NCBI GenBank assembly: GCA_946965045.2
Contig: OX337228.1
Coordinates: forward strand, 2,790,001 to 2,854,000
DNA from: Epithemia pelagica
Lineage: Eukaryota; Protista; Bacillariophyta
Direction: 5' to 3'
Length of the DNA stretch: 64,000 nucleotides
Position numbers and translations under genes: made by a program. A model generated the notes under the pieces. The model made no database searches, was not told the DNA's origin, and saw only the letters and a list, made by a program, of their open reading frames with translations. Below are positions 58,016 to 64,000 of the stretch, one piece after another (position 1 is the stretch's first letter; every line of letters starts with the position of its first letter).

Positions 58016-58600
58016 TACCCCTAGCGGAAGGGTGAGTCCTGGTCGTGAATGACGGTGTGTGCAATCTGTTACTCACCCCCATGGCGCGATTTGCCTTTCT
58101 CGACTTTGACAAAACTCACAACAACCACCACGCAAACAACACGAGGCCCATCTTGTTGTGGTTGTAACATCACCCATGGCCCCTTGCAATCGCCACCGAC
58201 ATGTCGCTCCTATCTCTACTACTCCAAGGGACCCTTGTGGCATTTTTTATGGCAGACGCAGACCCTGTTATAGGTCGAAACACGGATTACCAATAACGTG
58301 GAAATCCAACAAACAACAAACAACCGATGACCCACCCTCCAATCCCATTATGGATCCCTGTTGCCTCCCTTGAAGTGCCTGTTGTTGTCTCTTACCCCTC
58401 TCTCGCTACATGCCTGTCAACCACAACTTCCGTCGCCGACAAACCTTTGTTTCATGAAACATACCAACCAAGACCCTAAACCAACCATGAGCAATCAGAG
58501 AAGGAGCAGTAGATGATTTGACAATCAACCGCCATTGTGGTGCTATTGGTGTGAAAAGGACAATGCCTGTATGGTCGATCAGGTTTGTTGGACAACAAAA
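58016..58600 (+). mobile_element. Degenerate AcademH-family end with helicase 5' remnant
   Basis: TACCCCTAGCGGAAGGGTGAGTCCTG TIR followed by CCCATCTTGTTGTGGTTGTAACATCACCCATGGCCCCT, identical to the reverse complement of about 44039-44076; ORF 58158-58373 aligns with the helicase N-terminus; right limit approximate. Confidence 0.8.
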
Positions 58601-58623
58601 TCATTTTCGTTACCCTGCAAGCG

Positions 58624-59414
58624 TGTTAGAATTCTCACCGTCTATGGTGGTTAGATTCTACATCTCATCGATTCCCCATGTCACATAGCCTCGTGCTATC
58701 GCATCATGCCATCTAGCTTCGAGCTATGTTCCCTAGCTTCGCGCTATATTGACCTATATTTCTTCGCAAATCATGAAAAGTGAGAATAGATTGACGAACT
58801 CACTCTCAAGACTAAACTGGGTCGTGCGGTATTACAACGGACGTAAATTTGGCCGTTGCTCGGACATTATACTAACGCCCTAAGCGTACGCGCCCGAAAT
58901 CATCGAGCGCGCCCAAGCGACATCCGAGCGCTGTCGGCATCTATCCGACCCAACGGTCTAAGTATCCCAAGCACGACACACGATCACGCGAGACCATATT
59001 TCCATTCCCACAATCTCCAAATTGTCAACAAGCTGCGCGCCATGAAAACAACTATGCCAACCCAAAGCAAGAGCTGTTGACCCTGTATATGTTATCCGTC
59101 CACATATACATGTCATATACATCACATGAATCGACTCCAACTATTCCAAACCTGTTGCCGCCAAGAACCTATGACACATGACCCTTGGCAGGACCGAACA
59201 TTTCACGTAGACCTATCGTAGTAATCAACACACAATCTAACAATATCACCATTTATCACATCTTCTTTTGTGTCCCAACTATCCTTCTGATAGACTTTGA
59301 CTTGCTTGCTTCTCTGACCCTGAGAAGCTTGTATCGGTTGGTGACCTACCTGATTGTCTGCTCTACCGAGCATCAATGCCTCTGCAATTCCAAGAGAATT
59401 GTAACAGATTAACA
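58624..59414 (+). repeat. Candidate 5' LTR
   Basis: Begins TGTTAG where AcademH homology fades; ends TAACA (59406 or 59414); non-coding; cannot be confirmed without the 3' LTR. Confidence 0.4.
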
Positions 59415-59442
59415 GTCTCAAAGCTTATTTCCTTGTGGTTTC

Positions 59443-60222
59443 ATGGATACTAACGAGCTTATCACTCCTGTACGACAGATCTATCGAGCCAACCTGCATC
59501 CCGGGCAGCCTGATACCCTGGTGCAGCAGGAACTGGTGCCGACGCCGAAGGCAGCCAACACATCGGTCAACATCTCCGTCGACAGTTCCAACAGCAACCC
59601 ATTCGAGACTCCAACCCAGCCTCACGCCCCGATCCCTGCGCCATTGCTTCGGCCCCCGAGTCCGCCTCGTCGGCTCGTCCCTTCTCGATCCCGTCGTACC
59701 ACCCGGTTGATTGCTGATCATATCAAGTACTTCCGTCAACCAACTTCTTCGACCTTCGATCCCGAGATCATCCGTGGGGAGACCCAGATCAAACGCCAGT
59801 TCCAATCGGTGACCCACATCGTCGACCAAGAAGACATTGACCGTCTGAACGACCAACTTCATCGTTCTCCGAGGCGTCGCCTCATCTTGGCCGCCCTCTC
59901 GGGCAACCCCATCCGTACTGTCCACCTCCGCTTCCTAACCTTCGAGCGCCCAACTGGATACTACAATACCATCTACGTCGTGAATGCGACGACTTGCCCT
60001 CTGCCTCCTAACGTTGTACGCCTAGATAACTACGTTGCCTACATCCACGAGGTCCATACCATCGAGGACCATCGTGCAACTATCTTCCCTTTGCGTACCG
60101 AGGTCGAGAACCACTTGGCTGAAGGTGATACCCCTTCTTCTGTTGCTTGTGCTGCCCCATCTGAGCCTGGAAACGACTCTGACTATTCGGAAGAGAGTGG
60201 AGATTCGGAGACCGAAGCTTAA
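59443..60222 (+). CDS. Orphan ORF (259 aa) upstream of gag within the retrotransposon
   Basis: ATG-to-TAA open frame, same strand as gag-pol; Pro/Arg-rich N-half, acidic C-tail; no recognised motif. Confidence 0.55.
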   Translation: MDTNELITPVRQIYRANLHPGQPDTLVQQELVPTPKAANTSVNISVDSSNSNPFETPTQPHAPIPAPLLRPPSPPRRLVPSRSRRTTRLIADHIKYFRQPTSSTFDPEIIRGETQIKRQFQSVTHIVDQEDIDRLNDQLHRSPRRRLILAALSGNPIRTVHLRFLTFERPTGYYNTIYVVNATTCPLPPNVVRLDNYVAYIHEVHTIEDHRATIFPLRTEVENHLAEGDTPSSVACAAPSEPGNDSDYSEESGDSETEA

Positions 60223-60542
60223 TTACTCATAGTTAACTCCCGTCCTCTCAAAACCTTTCCAAGACTTAAACTCAACGCACATCCGGGTACCCTTGGTCGC
60301 ACAACACGCCACACATTCCCGTCAAATCGCGAAAATTCGGCGAAAATTTGTTGGAACTCGGCGAAAATTTGTCGGAATCAACGGAAATTTCCAGGAGTCG
60401 CACATCACAACACACATCCGGGTATCACATACGTGGTACATACGTGGCACACGTGGTACATCCGGGTTCACATCACATCACACATTAAATAAACCACATC
60501 ACACCGCACATCAAATAAACATCGAACCAACCAAATAACACC

Positions 60543-63500
60543 ATGGATCCTCAATCACCCAAGACACCTACGACTCCTAAGGGAGAAGATAACCAAGACA
60601 ATGTCTCGAACACAGACCTATTCGACCACATCATATTTACTGTCTGCCAATTCTTTACCAAGGAAAGGGCCGACTACTTAATGAAGTGGATGAAATACCA
60701 TGGTTTTGAGAACATTACCCATGTTATCTCGTATATGCAAACTAATACCGAGGAATCCATGAAGGAACTGACACAATACAAGGTCAACAAACAGACACAT
60801 GATCTACAAGGCCCCACAAGACAGCAGATCAAGCTCTTGGCTTATTGGGCCACATACAAGACCAATGAAATTCAAGACGAGCTATCCAATAGCGACTGGA
60901 TGAACCTAACGAGGAAAGAGTTCAACACTTGGAGGATCAACACAGATTTCTCTAAGGGACCACCTAGCCAAGTTCCAGTCTTGCCAATGAAGTCACCGTC
61001 ATCTGTGAAATCTGTCAGCACAGTTACTGCCGCATCCCAATCTCAACAAGACCTTACAGCATTCAGAAAGGGAACTAAGCGCGACGCAACTGCATATGAG
61101 GTACTCAAGGATGAACGATACTACGATTCATTCTGGCGTGTATTCAAGACTACAGCTAAGGCTCAAAGCCTATCCAACGTTCTGAATTTCAAATACACAC
61201 CACCCCCTGATGATGAGTATGCCGAAGAACTTTTTCAAGAGCAACAAGTATTTCTTTACTCCGTTCTTGTCCGTATCATTCAGACTGACCAAGGTCGAGC
61301 CTATGTACGTGAACATGAACATGATGAAGATGCGCGTGCCGTATTGCAGAAGTTACACTCTTTGCATACCGAATCCGACCTAGCAAAACGAGAAGTCCTC
61401 CGTTTAACCAACTACATTTCCAATCTACGTCTTGACGACACATGGCGCGGAACAACACGTCAATTTCTTCTACACTTTCAAGAGCAGCTACGTTTGCTAG
61501 ACAATCTAGTGACATTGTCTGATCGCATCCCTGATCATACCAGGATGACCTTCCTCATGCAAGCTGTAGAAAAGGTACCCAATCTCCGCCGAGTCAAGAT
61601 CTTGGATAATGTGGTGAACACCAAATCCGGTGCAAAATCCCTTTGCTATCAATCATACTTCTGTCTCCTTCTAGACGCAGCTTATGACCATGATCAAGCA
61701 ACCCAGTCATCTGTTCATAGTCGCCGTCGACATGTCAAACAACATGAATCACTATATGGCCAAGATACAGATGCTGACATAACCTCACAAGATGATATGG
61801 AGTATCATGTCCACAACACCAAAGTGACATCTGAATCTCCATCCTCTTCGTCCAAGGTTAGTCTACCGCGTGACCTATGGTTCAAACTTTCTGAAGAAGA
61901 TCGCAAGTTGATCATTGAGTATAACAAGATGATTCAAGCACCTTCATCAACAACACCGAGGAAAGTGCAAACACATGCCCTCGACATTGATCCGGAACCT
62001 GATCCTGACCCCAACCAAGTTGCATCTGATGACGACTCACCTGGCGTAGTCCCTGAGCATCCAGATGATTCAGATCCGGTTACACAATTTATCAACCAAG
62101 CCATGACGACTGATATCAATCACCCGGCAACTGACCTGACTAGTGTTCTTTCTAACGCCAAGTCCAAGACGAGCAAGAAGGTTACTTTCAAAGCCAACAT
62201 GCATAAACAAGCAGGACATGTTCCACGCTATTTGTTTTCCAGGAAATCTACTTTACCAGGAAATCAATTGATTGACCGTGGTGCTAATGGAGGACTTGCT
62301 GGTTCTGACATGCGCATCCTTTCTAAGACTGGCCGCCATATCACTATTGTGGGTATTGATAACCATGAACTTACTGGGCTTCCTGTCGTCACATGTGCCG
62401 CAAAGTTTGAGACCAATGATGGACCTATTGTCGGCATCTTCAATGAATATGCTTATTATGGAAAGGGCTTATCTATCCATGCTCCTGGTCAATTCGAGCA
62501 TTTCGGACTTGCTGTTGATGAACGATCTGTTAAAGTTGATGGTAAACAACGCATCACTACACTTGATGGTCGTGCTATACCCCTTCACATCAAGGATGGG
62601 TTAGCCTACATCCACTCCTTGGGTATCCCCAGCGACGATGACATGAATACCTTACCTCAGATCATCTTCACGTCACCCGACACATGGGATCCTGGTGTTC
62701 TGGACCATTCGTATTCTCCCACACCCTCTGACAATGATCCTGATTGGAAACACGTCAAGACTGATGGTAGTATGTCGAACCATCCATATGACAACTATGG
62801 GGAGTACACTGATCGTGTTGTTTGTAACCTCAATCTCCTTTTGGATCTCCCATACGATCATGGACCTGACGACGCACCCTTCTTTTCTATCTATGCTGAC
62901 GCAGAAGGTAATGATCCTACACTTCATGCCTCTGTCCACCGTCGTTACCAGGAAGCGTATGACTGGAAGAAGTTCCGTCCATTCTTTGGTTGGCAATCTG
63001 AAGATGTTATTGCCAATACGTTCAAGCACACTACACGTAATGGTAGCATTACTTTTGACCACGACACCCTCAAGAAACATTTCAAGGCTCGCAATCCGGT
63101 CCTTAATATACCTCGACGCCATGAACCCGTTGCTACTGACTCGGTTTTCTCCGACACCCCTGCTGTTGACCATGGCGGTAAAGTCGCACAAATCTTTGTT
63201 GGTCGAGATACTCTGGTTACTGATATCTATGGGATCAAGTCAACCAAACAGTTTGTCAATACTCTTCAGGACAACATCCGGTTTCGTGGTTCCCTGGAGA
63301 CTCTTATCAGTGATGGTGGTTCATCTCTCATCTCTCAAAAGGTCAAAGACATTCTTCGCACTTTGCTTATTGGGGAGTATCGATCCGAACCTTATCATCA
63401 ACACCAGAATAAGGCTGAAAACCGTTACCAGACCGTCAAACGTATGACCAACGCTCTCATGAATGCCACTGGTTGCCCTGCCAACACCTGGCTTCTTTGC

Positions 63501-64000
63501 CTTGAGTATGTCTGTGACTTATTGAACCATACATCATCACCCACCCATTCCGGTCGCACTCCTCTTGAGGCTCTCTCCGGACGCCCACCCGACATTACTC
63601 ATCTCTTGTTCTTTCCTTTCTGGGATGAGGTTTACTACCGTGTCGACCCCGCTGAACCCAATTCTGGTTCATATCCATCTTCTTCTGATGAGAAACTTGG
63701 CCACTGGGTTGGTTTTGCTCACAACGTTAGTGATTCTTTTACTTGGAAGATTCTCACCCAGGATAACCAGATAATCTACCGTTCTGCCGTTCGCCGTGTT
63801 GAATCCACTACACCTAACCTACGTGTGGATCGACCTTCAGGGGAGGATTTGTCTGAGAAGGATGACAATGATAAGCAAGCTGACACTGTCTTCATTCGCA
63901 GTGATAGTGAAGATCCATCCAAACCAATGCCCACGATCGATTTTGACGACATGATAGGACGCACATTCCTATGCGACACAGAAGAAAATGGGGAGCGACA
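60543..64000 (+). CDS. Gag-Pol polyprotein (gag, protease, integrase; RT/RNase H beyond window)
   Basis: Same frame at all checked points: MDPQSP.., gag FRKGTKRDATAYEVLKDE (61062), protease LIDRGANGGLAGSD (62268), integrase EPVATDSVFSD..LISDGG..QNKAENRYQTVK (from 63123); integrase directly after protease = copia order. Confidence 0.92.
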   Translation, partial: MDPQSPKTPTTPKGEDNQDNVSNTDLFDHIIFTVCQFFTKERADYLMKWMKYHGFENITHVISYMQTNTEESMKELTQYKVNKQTHDLQGPTRQQIKLLAYWATYKTNEIQDELSNSDWMNLTRKEFNTWRINTDFSKGPPSQVPVLPMKSPSSVKSVSTVTAASQSQQDLTAFRKGTKRDATAYEVLKDERYYDSFWRVFKTTAKAQSLSNVLNFKYTPPPDDEYAEELFQEQQVFLYSVLVRIIQTDQGRAYVREHEHDEDARAVLQKLHSLHTESDLAKREVLRLTNYISNLRLDDTWRGTTRQFLLHFQEQLRLLDNLVTLSDRIPDHTRMTFLMQAVEKVPNLRRVKILDNVVNTKSGAKSLCYQSYFCLLLDAAYDHDQATQSSVHSRRRHVKQHESLYGQDTDADITSQDDMEYHVHNTKVTSESPSSSSKVSLPRDLWFKLSEEDRKLIIEYNKMIQAPSSTTPRKVQTHALDIDPEPDPDPNQVASDDDSPGVVPEHPDDSDPVTQFINQAMTTDINHPATDLTSVLSNAKSKTSKKVTFKANMHKQAGHVPRYLFSRKSTLPGNQLIDRGANGGLAGSDMRILSKTGRHITIVGIDNHELTGLPVVTCAAKFETNDGPIVGIFNEYAYYGKGLSIHAPGQFEHFGLAVDERSVKVDGKQRITTLDGRAIPLHIKDGLAYIHSLGIPSDDDMNTLPQIIFTSPDTWDPGVLDHSYSPTPSDNDPDWKHVKTDGSMSNHPYDNYGEYTDRVVCNLNLLLDLPYDHGPDDAPFFSIYADAEGNDPTLHASVHRRYQEAYDWKKFRPFFGWQSEDVIANTFKHTTRNGSITFDHDTLKKHFKARNPVLNIPRRHEPVATDSVFSDTPAVDHGGKVAQIFVGRDTLVTDIYGIKSTKQFVNTLQDNIRFRGSLETLISDGGSSLISQKVKDILRTLLIGEYRSEPYHQHQNKAENRYQTVKRMTNALMNATGCPANTWLLCLEYVCDLLNHTSSPTHSGRTPLEALSGRPPDITHLLFFPFWDEVYYRVDPAEPNSGSYPSSSDEKLGHWVGFAHNVSDSFTWKILTQDNQIIYRSAVRRVESTTPNLRVDRPSGEDLSEKDDNDKQADTVFIRSDSEDPSKPMPTIDFDDMIGRTFLCDTEENGER

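Larger units (their letters stand above)
58624..64000 (+). mobile_element. Ty1/copia LTR retrotransposon (CoDi-like), truncated by window end
   Basis: Open gag-pol from 60543 to the end of the window; putative 5' LTR TGTTA...TAACA at 58624-59414 (tentative, 3' LTR not visible). Confidence 0.8.

Noticed and set aside
62695-63447. 250-aa + strand ORF and other short ORFs over the retrotransposon
   Set aside because: Out-of-frame shadows; the real gag-pol frame is missing from the track only because it has no stop within the window

Overview
This is gene-dense eukaryotic nuclear DNA, most consistent with a (pennate) diatom. The evidence is short GT-AG introns of about 70-190 bp, bipartite signal+transit presequences, a bHLH-PAS factor, a silicanin-like protein and a CoDi-type copia element. 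About 27 host genes and one tRNA-Lys(UUU) are identifiable. The main discovery is an apparently intact 7,874-bp DNA transposon at 36345-44218. It has 27-bp identical terminal inverted repeats and a perfect 10-bp target-site duplication (GGTCTTCTGG), and carries two convergent intronless ORFs: a 1,780-aa DUF6589/Academ-type transposase and a RecQ-like SF2 helicase. This is the AcademH architecture, which I know only from animals and fungi. A decayed end of a related element lies at about 58016-58600. It appears to be interrupted by a Ty1/copia LTR retrotransposon that runs off the window and carries an extra orphan ORF upstream of gag-pol. All family assignments come from motif recognition by eye; no database searches were run.
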